Assembly: GCF_001194135.2 (NCBI RefSeq) | Contig: NC_068997.1 | Span: forward strand, 1,265,738-1,329,737 | Length of the DNA: 64,000 nucleotides | Reading direction: 5' to 3' | Source of the DNA: Octopus bimaculoides | Taxonomy: Eukaryota | Part shown: piece after piece, positions 49,691 through 63,628 of the stretch | How the letters are laid out: each line of letters begins with the position of its first letter | Position numbering within the stretch: position 1 is the stretch's first letter | Program-made: the position numbers and the translations under genes | The notes under the pieces: model-generated | Databases searched by the model: none | What the model was told of the DNA's origin: nothing | The model's input: only the letters and a program-made list of their open reading frames with translations

Positions 49691-50729
49691 CCTTTGGCTA
49701 TGAAAACACGATTGCTCTTTCGAAGAATTATGAACAACCAGAATCCGAAAACTTCCTTATTCAGTGATAATCGATGATTTTGTGTTTTAAACTTGTACCA
49801 ACTACTTTAGTTAAGGAAGGGAGATAGAGTTTTCTGTTTTGTAGGTCTTCAGTTACGCAGCTGAAAAAATATTCACGGAAACTGATCAAGAATATAATGT
49901 TTTCTTTTTTTCTCTCAGTGTACATGACTTCTAAAAGTTTTATTAACTGGTGAAAGAGATGTGATTGTATTCAGCATGAACATTTGTTGATCAACATAGC
50001 TGGGGAGGGAAGTAGAGTACTCAGCTGAGTTTTTCGAATGGACTAGATTCCGACTAAGTCTTCCTTGGTCATTTTGTGGTCTTAATTCGGATGCCGTTTT
50101 AAGCTTGCCACCCGTATAAACCCTGCAAAATGGTTTATTAGTGTATGTGGTATTCATGGAAAATGACAACACTATTAAAGTTAAATAGCACGTAATTAGC
50201 CTTCTTCTACGGTTAAATATTAAAACAGAGGAATACGGTACACACTTTATTGTTAAACAGTATTTTACTGACCTTGGTGAGATGAAAAGTAAAGTTAGTC
50301 TCATTGGGGTTTGAACTTACGATACCATAAATAAATACTGAAATACATTTAGTCTAGTGAGGTGGTTTTATAAGTTAGTTCTCTTTGCTTGCTTATTGCA
50401 GTTTGATGTATTTACAATCAATTTTGTTGACTAAAATCAATATTAGATTAAACATTATTGATATGACACTGCTTGAGCATTCTACCTTCAAAGATTTCTG
50501 TTTTACGTCAGGTCCTGAGATTAATTAAAAATAATTTGGAATTAATTATAGCTTAAAAATGAAATGTTATTTCAAAGCCAAAAGTATCCTAATGGTTAGA
50601 ATGAATATTTTATTTATATATTTTACTTGTATCATAATTTCTCAACGCCATTTATATTTACAAACGTCTGGCCTTTTCCACCACAGGTTCAAATTTCGTC
50701 GAGGTTATTTATGCTTTTCCTCCTTCCAA

Positions 50730-50951
50730 TCAAGTCCGAATAGAGATTATTCTCTCTCTGTCCCTCCCTTCCTGCATTCCTCTGTGACAAGGGCAGTGGC
50801 AGATCACTCTCATCATCTCCTCCAGACATGCAAAAATATGGGTATCGCATAAGCAATCTTTTCCGAAACCTGCTATAATACAGAAAACGTCCAAGGACGG
50901 CTTGATATAGACGCCGTCGACAAGAAATAATATTCGTGAAAAAGTCATCAT
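50730..50951 (-). mobile_element. Possible P-element/THAP9-like transposase remnant
   Basis: RILFLVDGVYIKPSL resembles the LL.DE.YIKP.L motif near the first catalytic Asp; the rest does not clearly match. Confidence 0.3.
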
Positions 50952-52192
50952 GAGTAGAATGCTTCTTTTCTCTCATAACGTGGGAAAGATTATTCGTTTC
51001 ATTCCAGAGTTTAGACTCATACTTTGTTAATTATAGAATAGATTTGGTGCCCTCCATCGATAATATGATAAATCCGTGAACAAATATTTAGCATATTTTT
51101 GTATTTAAACTAAATGTACCACATCATTCGTATTTCAAAGTTTACTGAAATTTCCATTAATATAACAGCAATGGCGTAAGTATGAGGAGTATGGTGTGGG
51201 AATACTGCATTGCGGGTCTTGGTATCAGGACATTTTCCTAGGTAAGTTAACATGAGATGCTACATATAATCAACCAGCAAAACGACTGTCTATCTATTTG
51301 CCTTGCGTTCTCTTTCTTCTTCTTTTTCCCACTTTTTTTGTCTTGTTGTTGCGATGGTCTTTTCGCTCTCTCAGTTTTTCTTTCTTTCTCTCGACTTGTC
51401 CATTACTCTCTCTCTCTCCATAATGCCACAGGACATCACAAACCCTACATTCTGTTTTTCCTTCATTTTTCAATTGACCGTTCAACTGCTTTTTGCCGAA
51501 GAATACATTGTTTAACCGAAATTGTTTGTTTTGTATTTTACTTTTTTATCTTCAGGTCAAAAGTGACACTATCTTATCAGTCTATTATTTTCATTATTTA
51601 TCCACCTTTCTTTCTATCGTATTCTCTTTCCGCCAAAATTCTATCGTTTTCATCGCTACCTATCTTACTATTGTTTTCTCAGCCTATCGTTCTTTTGTTA
51701 TTTGCATCCATCTATCTTTCTGTCATTGTAGCCATCTACCATCGTACCAGCTTTCACACTTTCTATTCATTTATCTTTCGCTCTGTTTTTGCAGCTCCTA
51801 ATTTAATTTGTTTTTGTTTACTTCAATGTAGAAAACATGTTCTTTACTATAAGCTTTAGCTCGCATAACTTCATTTTATCGCCAAGTCAGGGCAGTCTGT
51901 TTTTCTAGATACATGGGTTTTCGTTTTGTATTTATTCCCATTTGGCTCCCAACTTGCTTTTATTCCTCATTCGATCAACATAGCTTGCTACTTTGCCTGT
52001 CAATACTTTTGCTTCAACTTTTTGTTCTCTCCCTGTTCGTGAATGGTGACCGCTGGCCTAGACCTTATGGTGCTGACACAGACAATTTGAACAATTTTGT
52101 CGTATCTTGTTGAACAATAGACGACAACTGACATGGAAAAACAATGTTTGCATTCGCTTGAGCTCTTGTGTACATGTACCTGCGTTTATATA

Positions 52193-53045
52193 CAGGATAC
52201 GGTGAATGAATTGTCTAAATTACGCAAAAATGAAAGTAACACTGACATCTCATTTTAACAGATATATTTACCAAAATTATATTAAAAATATCTTGAAATA
52301 CTAAAGAGTAAATTTATTCAATAAAATCGACATTGGCTTCAACCACGGCCTCCAGACGACCTTGGAATCTCGTGCAAATCTTCTGGACGGTCTCCTTGTT
52401 TAAGTTGGTGAATGCTGCCATAATCCTTGTCTTCAGTTCATCTTTTGTGTTGCAAGTTTTGTTGTTCTCTCGCTCAACAGCGCCCCAAACATAATAATGA
52501 AGGGGGTTGCAGCATGGGGAGTTAGGTGGCCAGATGTTAGGGGTGGTGTGGTCGCAGAAATTGTCTGACAGCCATGACTGGGTTCTCCTGCTTGTGTGGC
52601 ATGATGCAGAGTCCTGTTGTCAGACACAAGGTCTTCCAGAAGTCACTCCCTTGACCCAGGACAGCACTACCTCCTGCAGGCACTTGATGGAGGCCTCTAT
52701 GTTGAGCCTGAGGCCGGGTTGAGTTTGAGAAAGATGAATGGAGGCATAACGTCGCCATCACTAGTGATCAGTCCAAACACCATGATGTTGACTGGATGTT
52801 TGGTTTTTATCACTCTCGGTACGTGTTTTAGGGACTCAGATTGACACCCAACACTCTGAAATGTTCGTATTGGAGCAGCACAGCATGTAATTTCCAAATT
52901 TCTGGCAGAGAGAATTGCGTCATGGTGCTGTTTTTCTCACATACGGTGTCCAACTGACCCTTCCATACTGTGTAGTCGACAAAATCAAAAGCAAACACGG
53001 CACCAAATTAAGAATATAAAACGGCGACAATTTAACCATCGCACC

Positions 53046-53048
<3 letters not shown>
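52193..53048 (-). mobile_element. Internally deleted Tc1/mariner element of the DD37D (maT) type
   Basis: KTKHPVNIMVFGLITSDGDVMPPFIF...QQDSASCHTSRRTQSWLSDNFCDHTTPNIWPPNSPCCNPLHYYVWGAVER...RFQGRLEAVVEANVDFIE*. There are 37 residues between QQD and the position of the last Asp (here His). Imperfect 23-bp TIRs (16/23 identical) are flanked by TA. Confidence 0.9.
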
Positions 53049-53087
<39 letters not shown>

Positions 53088-54516
53088 GGTTTTAAATCAT
53101 TTTATTGACTTCCCATTCTAAATTCGAAATTTCTTCTTTTTCTTCTTTTCTTCCCTCCTTGCCAAACGCACTGTCTTGTAGCGTTGCAATCTCCAACGGT
53201 TTTTTTCAAATAAGGTACTTAGCAATCTTCTCTACCCACAGTTATCACATTCGGTTATAATGTCTTACGGTTAAGTTGGATCCTATGTATTTCCCTGAAG
53301 AGAAGATTACATCTTTATCAACATCATTTATCCTTTGGAAGGAACCATTTGTAATCTTCGAAACATATGTCGGAAATAAAAGAATTCATTTAACAGATGC
53401 GTATTACTCCATTTATAAAATTTTTATATTTACTCAAATACTCAAAATAACAGGGAGTTTCCACCTCATAAGCAAGAGTTACACCACAGTCATTTTGTGA
53501 TCTTTGCTACCCTGGTATCTATTAACTAATTTATTTTGTCGGAGTTAATTATTAACTAAGAGAAAATATATACATATAATAATAATAATAATAATAATAA
53601 TNNNNNNNNNNNNNNNNNNNNNNNNNNNNNNNNNNNNNNNNNNNNNNNNNNNNNNNNNNNNNNNNNNNNNNNNNNNNNNNNNNNNNNNNNNNNNNNNNNN
53701 NNNNNNNNNNNNNNNNNNNNNNNNNNNNNNNNNNNNNNNNNNNNNNNNNNNNNNNNNNNNNNNNNNNNNNNNNNNNNNNNNNNNNNNNNNNNNNNNNNNN
53801 NNNNNNNNNNNNNNNNNNNNNNNNNNNNNNNNNNNNNNNNNNNNNNNNNNNNNNNNNNNNNNNNNNNNNNNNNNNNNNNNNNNNNNNNNNNNNNNNNNNN
53901 NNNNNNNNNNNNNNNNNNNNNNNNNNNNNNNNNNNNNNNNNNNNNNNNNNNNNNNNNNNNNNNNNNNNNNNNNNNNNNNNNNNNNNNNNNNNNNNNNNNN
54001 NNNNNNNNNNNNNNNNNNNNNNNNNNNNNNNNNNNNNNNNNNNNNNNNNNNNNNNNNNNNNNNNNNNNNNNNNNNNNNNNNNNNNNNNNNNNNNNNNNNN
54101 NNNNNNNNNNNNNNNNNNNNNNNNNNNNNNNNNNNNNNNNNNNNNNNNNNNNNNNNNNNNNNNNNNNNNNNNNNNNNNNNNNNNNNNNNNNNNNNNNNNN
54201 NNNNNNNNNNNNNNNNNNNNNNNNNNNNNNNNNNNNNNNNNNNNNNNNNNNNNNNNNNNNNNNNNNNNNNNNNNNNNNNNNNNNNNNNNNNNNNNNNNNN
54301 NNNNNNNNNNNNNNNNNNNNNNNNNNNNNNNNNNNNNNNNNNNNNNNNNNNNNNNNNNNNNNNNNNNNNNNNNNNNNNNNNNNNNNNNNNNNNNNNNNNN
54401 NNNNNNNNNNNNNNNNNNNNNNNNNNNNNNNNNNNNNNNNNNNNNNNNNNNNNNNNNNNNNNNNNNNNNNNNNNNNNNNNNNNNNNNNNNNNNNNNNNNN
54501 NNNNNNNNNNNNNNNN

Positions 54517-54547
<31 letters not shown>

Positions 54548-54712
54548 CTAGAATTTGAATTATATGCTGGCCTGCAGAAATTTAGTGAACGTGTTTATTG
54601 CTTAAACTACAGAATGTACTACATGATAACTTTACGTTCGAGGTAATTCTTCATAAACTCTTCAGGAGAAGTGTGTGTTTGTGTGTGTGTAGCTGTATAA
54701 GAAATGTATGAG

Positions 54713-54738
54713 TAGGGTTAGGGTTAGGGTTAGGGTTA
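54713..54738 (+). repeat. Interstitial (TTAGGG)-type repeat, about 4 units
   Basis: tagggttagggttagggttagggtta. Confidence 0.85.
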
Positions 54739-56276
54739 TAGGGGGTGTAACTATGATCTTGATACAGAAATCCCAAAGAAGCCGACTCGTTTCGATGCAA
54801 ACTATAGCAGTAAAAACAATTTACTTTGACAAAAATTTGATTAAAATTCATTCAATTAGTAGAATTGACTGTTTGTAAGTAGGTTAATTAATTTTTAATT
54901 CTGTTTGAAATTCAACGTAGCTCAATTAAGCAATGTGCAAATTAAATGTTATTTTGAAAAAAAAAAAGCAAAATTCAAACAAACAAAAATGATGCATTAC
55001 TAAAGAGATATATCATCCATGAGTCATTTTCGGAAGAGAATTAACTTCAGAGATATTCCTGAGAAAAAAATAAAAATGCTTCCTCAGATCACAGAAATTC
55101 TCAGCTGAGATGAAATTTCAAAGGGTAATTACCTGGTTAAACGTTAAGCAACTTTCACTGGTGACAAATAGTTGTATTTGTGAAATAAGTAGAAAACCTA
55201 CTGGTTTTTGACAATGTCGATACTGCTGTGTTTGTGTTGACCCTCGTCAAATCTGACCTGAAAGCAATAGGTTCAAGGAATTGTAGCCGTGTACAAGCAG
55301 CATTTGCTTTCAGTTATAATGTATGAGGAACTAAATTATCCGATATATGTCTGTCCATTTTTACAGGAAAGTTGTTGTTTCTAGCAGGTCAAGTGACCAA
55401 ACAGAGTAAAATATTATCGTCAAATATGTGTATGGACTCGTATTTGATAATATAAAGTGGGGACAGTAACTGAACGATTGTGAGGTCTAGAATTCATAAT
55501 CAGTTTGAGAATTAATGTAAATTCCGCGCCCGCGTGTGTGCGTGTGTATGCGTGTGTGCGCGTGTGTGTACGTTATACATATATCCACACACGTTCATAC
55601 ACAAACAAGTTAATATAGTTGTATGTCTATGCACTAGGATACGTTCTTATATCACAGTTTACCATATCAATATTGATTTGCAAAATTGGCTTAGTGTCGG
55701 ACGAAATATCTTCCGGTGTTACGAACCTTTAGGCATGGAACTCAGATCCTAAGTCTAATTTTGCAGTTTATTCTTCCAGAATCGGTAAAATCAGGAACCA
55801 GTCAAGTAATGAAATATTGCAAATGTTGCAAATAAATATGACAGGCCTCCAGGGACAGAACTGAGTTTGACTTTCTGCATGAAATACCACGATTTATATT
55901 CACTAAGCTCTAAGAAATGACATCAATATAACACTTTTCACTACATCACCTTAAAATTAGAAATCTATAACAAATATGAAACGAAAAACAAAAAAATCTA
56001 GTGAGATAGAAAATATTATTACAATTTCATTGTAACAATTTCTTTCTATCCAGTGATACGAAGTCACCACTAATCTTGAAGAGAATCTTAGACTTTAGAT
56101 TCCAAATGACCACGGAAATTGAACGAAAGTAAGTTTCTATTTCAGATAACTTTTGCTAAGTACATGACCAGGTCAATAATGTCGCTGTTAAAACTGACCA
56201 CGTCACAACTATTTACAATCATGTTGACCAGGCCATGTTGATAATCCGGAGGTCAGTGATATCTCAGTAAAAAAAG

Positions 56277-56670
56277 GGCGTAGGCATGGCTGTGTGGTAA
56301 GAAGCTTGCTTCCCAACCACACGGTGCCGGATTCAGTCCCACTGCGCGATACCATGAGCAAGTGTCTTCTATTATATCTTCTGGCAACAAAAGCCTTGTG
56401 AGTAAATTTAGTAGACAGAAACTGAAAGAAGCCCGTTGTGTTTATATATATAGATATGTGTGTGTGTGTCCCACAACTGCTTGACAACCGGTGTTGGAGT
56501 GTTTACGTCCTCGTAACATAGCGGTTCAGCAAAAGATTCGACAGAATAAGTACCAGTTTTTAGAAATAAAATAAATACTGGGTCGGTTCATTCGACTAAA
56601 AGTTCTTGGAGGCAGTGCCCCAGCATGGCGACAGTCTAATGATTGACACGTGTTAAAGATAAAAGAGAAA
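56277..56670 (+). mobile_element. SINE family B, full length
   Basis: ggcgtaggcatggctgtgtggtaagaagcttgcttcccaaccacacggtgccggattcagtcccactgcg...cagcatggcgacagtctaatgattgacacgtgttaaagataaaagag. Confidence 0.9.
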
Positions 56671-58004
56671 ACTAAATATTGTTGATTAAAGGTGATCTAG
56701 CCTTGCCTATTCTGTTTATACATGAATCCTTGAAAGAGAATGGTGTAATTTGAGGGATGTTTGGTTACTATTTCAAGTAGATCGAAACCGTCCAAAAGTA
56801 CTCACGTTGTTATGTGAGAAGGTTACTGCATTGATATTTCTATTTATTGGTTCTCCTGGAAAAAAGACCACAAACCTCTAGACGAATGTTATAATGTTCA
56901 TTCCTTTACTGAAATTGTCGCGTGAAATTGTTCTAACAAGAAATCTATAACCTGGCAAGACGTTTGCAGTTGTCATGCAATCTCTGCTACCAATTATTTT
57001 CATCGTAAAACTGATTTATTTTCGATTCCATCATTAATAAACACTGTTATTATAGCTTCCTGATATCAGTTACTATAATATTTTATACAATTATTATTTC
57101 ACTGCTGATAAATTTCCAACTTGATTTATTAGAATTCGACATATTTAATAAAGTTAATTTACAGCGTGATTAAAAGCATTTCCTCATAAACTGAAGTTGT
57201 TTCAATAAAACAGTTTATGAGGGAATAAATATTTATGCAGCCCTCCATTTCAAAAATAATAGTCATTTCATAGCCGCTGCAACTTTCCAACAAACTGGTG
57301 GGTCGATGCGGTTGATGATCAGGTCGAGCTCATCGACGTTTAGGTTGGGATGAGCAAATATATATGCTGAAAATTATAGAGGGACAAAATTATTGTTTTA
57401 AAAGTGATACATGTGGAATATAGGAATATAGTTGAGAATAAAAGTAGGAGTAATGAGGAAAGAGGAAGTTGATGTGTCGATTTGTTGTTGGGGTGGTGGG
57501 GTTGAGTCAGTGTAACTTTGAAATTCAGAGAAATAGATTTTGTGGCAGTTACTTTTAGTGTTAATCAGGGAAAGAAGAGCATCCCGCATGACAATTTTCT
57601 GAAATTTTCTGTTTCTTCAGGACTTCCAAAGGACAGGGAGGAATGGCCAAAGTTATCCTCAAATCACAATCCTGGTCCGAATGCATGAAAGAGGATGGCC
57701 TCTGGTAAAGATAACCATCAGCTAGGGGATGATAATGTTAAAACCAGCGGCAATTCAACCAAACCAGCACCAAGGACTGGTACTTTATTTTATCGATCCC
57801 CAAAAGGTGAAAAATCAAAAGTGATATTGATAGGATTTGAACTCAGGTTACAGTGTAGAAACATTTGTCCACCTACCCCAGCAATTAATGTAAGTATGCC
57901 TTTTTAAAGACTACAAGCGAATTTTCAGCTTCACTTTGCTTTTCTGTATACGTGTACATGTGTGAAACAAGAAAAAAAACAAAAACAATTTTCCTGTATG
58001 TATA

Positions 58005-58172
58005 TTCTTTTACTTCTTTCACTCATTTGCCTGCGGCCATGCTGGAGCAGCGCCCTTAGTCGAACAAATCGACCCCTGAACTTATTCTATCTGTCTCTTT
58101 TGCTGAACCGCTAAGTTATGAGGCGTAAACACATCCACTCACATGGTTTTGGTCGGCCCGAAGCTATACTAG
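58005..58172 (-). mobile_element. SINE family B, deleted copy cut by a gap
   Basis: cctgcggccatgctggagcagcgcccttagtcgaacaaatcgacccc...gctgaaccgctaagtt...ggtcggcccgaagctata. Confidence 0.8.
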
Positions 58173-59365
58173 ANNNNNNNNNNNNNNNNNNNNNNNNNNN
58201 NNNNNNNNNNNNNNNNNNNNNNNNNNNNNNNNNNNNNNNNNNNNNNNNNNNNNNNNNNNNNNNNNNNNNNNNNNNNNNNNNNNNNNNNNNNNNNNNNNNN
58301 NNNNNNNNNNNNNNNNNNNNNNNNNNNNNNNNNNNNNNNNNNNNNNNNNNNNNNNNNNNNNNNNNNNNNNNNNNNNNNNNNNNNNNNNNNNNNNNNNNNN
58401 NNNNNNNNNNNNNNNNNNNNNNNNNNNNNNNNNNNNNNNNNNNNNNNNNNNNNNNNNNNNNNNNNNNNNNNNNNNNNNNNNNNNNNNNNNNNNNNNNNNN
58501 NNNNNNNNNNNNNNNNNNNNNNTATATATATATATATATATATTCATCCGTTCATGCTTACGCACCAAAACCACGCTGACCGTATAGTTGATGTCTGGCT
58601 CTGGCTCGCCAGACCAATACATCCCATTAAATGGGATTATTTTGTAATCCTGGCCATGATGCCAAACATTGCACAACTGAATAAGTTAGACCTCGATAGA
58701 AAAATAATTATCTTACCATTCGCTGAAACTTTAAGGAAAGAAGTATAGCCGACAAAACTACAAAAACACTAATCAACTACATTTTCTGATATTTCAGAAA
58801 CAAATGTAACATAAGCTTATTTATATCAATACAATTTCTAACATTTACCCCGTAGATACACTTTCTTCAATTAGTTTTATCTCTAATGTTCTTTCTTGCT
58901 TTGCGTCATTGAAGTTTTACAAGTGAATGTTTTTCTCAAGCACTCTCCATCTATAGAAATATTTCATCAGTAGCTATTTCATTACTCATTGATTATCTGA
59001 TTGGCTTCAGGTTGAAAACTCTCAATACTTTTTGTTGCTAGTCCAACACTCGATCATCATACCACTCACGGTTATTCCAGAAACTATCAACTTGTTCTAA
59101 TACAAACATTTCTTTCGCTAAACGATTTCGATCTCCTTCTGTATGAATTAGTGATTTTTTTTTTTGTTTTCACCCTATAATCTCGTGCAACAATCTCCGA
59201 TTTCTGAATTTCAATCGCCAAGTTGTTGCTTGATTTATAATGTCTAATAATTGTTATTACCAGCTTATAATTGTATCTCAAACTCTTTCTCTCCTTCACA
59301 TGCTAACGATAAATGCATTACGTGTGTTGTATCTTTACTTCTGAAAAGCAGTTTTCTAATCTTTT

Positions 59366-59397
<32 letters not shown>

Positions 59398-59782
59398 NNN
59401 NNNNNNNNNNNNNNNNNNNNNNNNNNNNNNNNNNNNNNNNNNNNNNNNNNNNNNNNNNNNNNNNNNNNNNNNNNNNNNNNNNNNNNNNNNNNNNNNNNNN
59501 NNNNNNNNNNNNNNNNNNNNNNNNNNNNNNNNNNNNNNNNNNNNNNNNNNNNNNNNNNNNNNNNNNNNNNNNNNNNNNNNNNNNNNNNNNNNNNNNNNNN
59601 NNNNNNNNNNNNNNNNNNNNNNNNNNNNNNNNNNNNNNNNNNNNNNNNNNNNNNNNNNNNNNNNNNNNNNAATCTCGTAAGCACACGGAAATACTTTTTC
59701 ATGCAAAACATTTTAACTCCAGAAAAATAAAAACGTGATAATGTAATATTTTTGTTAAATTCATGGATCCTCCTCCTCCTCG

Positions 59783-59842
<60 letters not shown>

Positions 59843-59843
<1 letters not shown>

Positions 59844-60130
59844 GGCAGAATCATTGCCACACCGTACAACATACTAAGCTACATTTTTTTCTGACTTTAC
59901 TTTCTTAATTCAAAAGTCATCGCGGTCGACTTTGACTTCCGTCCTTTGGGTTCGATAAAAGCACCAGCTGAGTTCTGGGGTGGATATACCCACTAGTTTT
60001 TCACGCCAGATTTCTGGCCTTTTGCCTATTAATGAACGAGCTGACATAATCGTATGCACACTGTACAGAAGACGTAGCAGCATTTTTCGGGTTTACGTTC
60101 TGAATTCAAATGTCATCGAGGTTGAGTTTT
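59843..60130 (+). mobile_element. Decayed SINE family A copies after an (ATT)n tract
   Basis: taaggcagaatcattgcc...gcggtcgactttgacttccgtcctttgggttcgataaaagcaccagctgag...ttctggccttttgcctatt; a second head fragment lies at about 60075-60130. Confidence 0.65.
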
Positions 60131-61819
60131 GGGGTCTGTTGAGCTCAGGAGTGGAAGAAGTAGACTTCACTCTCCTCTCAAAGCATGTTTTGTTGTTGTT
60201 GTTGTTGCAAAGGCACATGTTTAATAATTAACATAAATTTTATCCTGGTAACCTGCCATCTGTTTTGCCATTACCACCTGGCCCTTGAGTCTTTTCAGGA
60301 AGCTCAATGTATTGAAAATTTGCTTTCGTTCTGAGAATAATTTCTTCTCATGAGTATTGAAGAAGCTGAAAAAAAGTCACGAATGCTGCCCTTTCTTCCT
60401 TCGACGAAACCGTAAAAAGTAAGATTCAATAGCTTACTTAATATCTCTCATACGCTGTTGCAGTTTCAGTGGAACAAATTTATCCTCTAATACTGAACAA
60501 ATTGGCTCGGTTTGATTGTGGAGAATTTGGAAATCCTATTTTCAATGTAATTTAATTTTATTTGCTATATTAACATTGAAAATAATAAATTTGTCTTCCT
60601 ACCTGTCACGAAAATCATGTGAGGAGACAAATATTCATCAAATTTGAACAAACACATTGTGCATACATCAAAATAAGGATTTGTCTTCAATTAGTTTGCC
60701 ACAGCCTGAGTTTCGATATGAAATCAATTTATATGACAGACAGATAAATATCTTTTACAACCGCTTGAAACTCCCACACTTCGAATTACACATTTGAATA
60801 TTTATTCTAAAACCCAGATGAATGATATCCAAGTTATATCAATTTCAAAGCAGAGTTTTGACATATCAGATAAATTGACTCTGTGTATATTGAACATTAC
60901 AATATTTAAAAGACAATATACTATGTATCAGAAGTATGGTGCCCATGCATTGATATCAACTGTTGTTGTGTAACATCAAGCGAACCCTGAAGGTGTACTT
61001 CTATTGCACGTTTGTTAGTCATCTGAACGACGAAAGAAACCCACGTATTTTCATCTTCAGAAATACTATATCTTCGCCTCATTGAAGTTTATACTGTACA
61101 CTCCGACATACGATGCAGTGTGAACGCCTGTATATACTCGACTCTCTTCATTGGGCAGCTACATCAGTTCACTGGTAGATTCTGGTGGTGGCCACAGCAG
61201 AGACAGACAAAGTAAACTTGACTAGAGTTCACCATTTATTGTTCCTCACCATTTATTCTTGGTGTGCAACTATTTCTTTATTGAACAAGAGGAAGATTAC
61301 CAATGAAAAACAAAAAAAAATCGGAACAGGTTTCTTCATTTCCTAAAACGTAATTGAAGGTAGCATAATCATGGTTGATATGAGGCAATATCTCCCCTAT
61401 CGATTAAGGGAAATGTTACGGATGTGTGTATCTAATTTTTAAATATGAGGAAAGGATGAAGACGCCAGTCAAGTTGGAGAATCAGGCAATTATCCTACAT
61501 TAGTTCCGCAAAATATGGGTTGACATAATACCAAATTTCGTTATATTGCCAATAACGTTGACTTGACTTGTATCACCTTTGAGTCATAATGCGGGCAAAT
61601 GGCCAGTGTCATTGCAGGTCTTAATGGCTCCTGAAATACACAAAAATACAGTGGAACAACGCTCTGTTGAGGGAGCAGAAAGGAAGGTCAGGCGACTGGG
61701 CAGAAGGCTTAGCTGTGTGAGTGGAAGTAAGGGATATTTAAAGGTTATGAGTCTAAAAGACCTCGAGAAGGAGATGTGGTTAGATACATTGATAGATAAA
61801 TATATAGATAAGGAGAGGT

Positions 61820-61874
<55 letters not shown>

Positions 61875-61904
61875 GGGAGGGAGGAAAAATGCAGTTAGCG
61901 GAAA

Positions 61905-62480
61905 CAACAACAAATATCTGAACGTCCTGTTCCCAAACTGTTTCGAGCCTCATCAACAGTTGCAGCTCCAAGAGTGGCCAGAAGACCGGTCTCGTCCTCA
62001 GTCACCAAAATTAACAACGAAGAAGCCTAGAAGTCTCCTCTCAGTTGCACCACTTCATTGCTTTGTGAGAAAGCAGAAAATATGAAAAAGGAATGGGGTG
62101 GCAAATAGCCAGGACAGGTGGAACAGGACGATGAAAAAATGGAAGACTCCTAAAACATAAAAAGAACTTGATCTCGGCGAGAAAGGCATTGAAGACGAAG
62201 TTCACTCCACTATCTATGATTTCACAGTTCTTCGTGTAGCCAACGAAGGGCCGATGAACCATTTAGGTAGAAGACATGAACAGTTGAGGTCAAATCAAGT
62301 AGGGATTTCGAGAAGATGGACCTTTCCGATTATGTAGTACCAACATCAGAATATCATACTTTCTCTTACGCCCAGCTACAGAAAAACCAGTAGATGTGAC
62401 AGCGCAGAAGACCTCCTCCTCATCAGGTTCAGCGATTGTAGCCATAAGTACAAAGTCACCAACTACGTTATGGTAGTATG
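61905..62480 (+). pseudogene. Decayed coding-like segment of unknown origin
   Basis: Successive frames give ISERPVPKLFRASSTVAAPRVARRPVSSSVTKINNEEA*, ELDLGEKGIEDEVHSTIYDFTVLRVANEG and EKPVDVTAQKTSSSSGS, interrupted by stops and frameshifts. GC is higher than the flanks. Confidence 0.3.
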
Positions 62481-63442
62481 AATGTAGTTTTTCTGTACCC
62501 TTCCATTGAAATACTTTTCCGCCGAAAAATCAGTAGAACTGATTGGTGAAAATGTGTTGGTATTCCATAAAGTCAATGTTGTTGAGATGGGCCTATACCT
62601 AGCTCTTATATATAGTAAAAATCATCTAATAGATATTTATTATCCTACCGGTCAATTCTACCATTAAAAAACTCTCCAAGTTAGCACTGACCTGACCGAA
62701 CTAGACAAGCCCTATCCTTCAAATATTAACACCATAAAAAAAAAAACAGCTGCTCATGCAGCACCGGTATCAGTGTTAAAGCCACCTTAAAGGACTGCAC
62801 ATTTTTGTTTGGCAACAAAGTTTATAAATTAACGAAAGATAATCGATATTACATTTGCCGAAGACATTGGTTAACATTTTATTGTGAAGTGGGATGGAAA
62901 CTTTGAGCAGAAAACTAATCCGTTGAATTAATCTAGTATTGTACACTCGGTAGGTTGATAACGTTAACCTTATCTCTTAAAGTGATCCCTCACACAGAAA
63001 ATATGTAGCTAAAACACATGCATTGAGCGGCATACTGAGCTTACTAAAATCTACAACCGACAGCATAAAAAATCACTATTTACTACCCCTTTAGGCTTCC
63101 CACTAGGATTTTACTTATGTTGGTTAATAAATTATGGATAGAAAACGGAACACTCAAAATTTAGACGCTCCAATCGTAATGAACACGAAACTATTAGTAA
63201 TCAGAAAAGATTTGGTTGAGTCGGTAGCTGTCAAAGTGAACTTCCTAATGGCAGCTCCCATAAAAACGATGTCGGTGTCGGGATGCGAACTTTAAGTACA
63301 CGAGAAGAATTTACATATGCATGAATCAGAGTGCTACTGATGTGTGCTAAAGTGGGTGTATATATTGTTTTGTATTTTCATGTGTCCTGGCATATTAATG
63401 ATGCATTGCGTAAGTGCATGTGCGTAAGACTCTACTCACCCC

Positions 63443-63487
<45 letters not shown>

Positions 63488-63589
63488 CAAAGATATGCGC
63501 TTATGTGTTTGTTTATGCAAGTATGTGTGTAAAAGTGTATTTGCAGGGCGTAAGTATGAATCTGAATACCTGTGAGTTTTATGAGAGTT

Positions 63590-63628
<39 letters not shown>

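Noticed and set aside
51257-51859. 200-aa hydrophobic ORF resembling a membrane protein
   Set aside because: F/L/S/I enrichment follows from a T-rich low-complexity strand; no motif or splice signals. The same applies to 33127-33591.
60265-60300. Minus-strand GPGGNGKT Walker A-like peptide
   Set aside because: The frame is closed by stops within about 25 codons upstream and 6 downstream, with no Walker B; it may be chance.
60925-61200. Cadherin-like DINAWAPYF on the minus strand
   Set aside because: Multiple stops, and the spacing does not fit a cadherin repeat; no DRE or DxD motifs.
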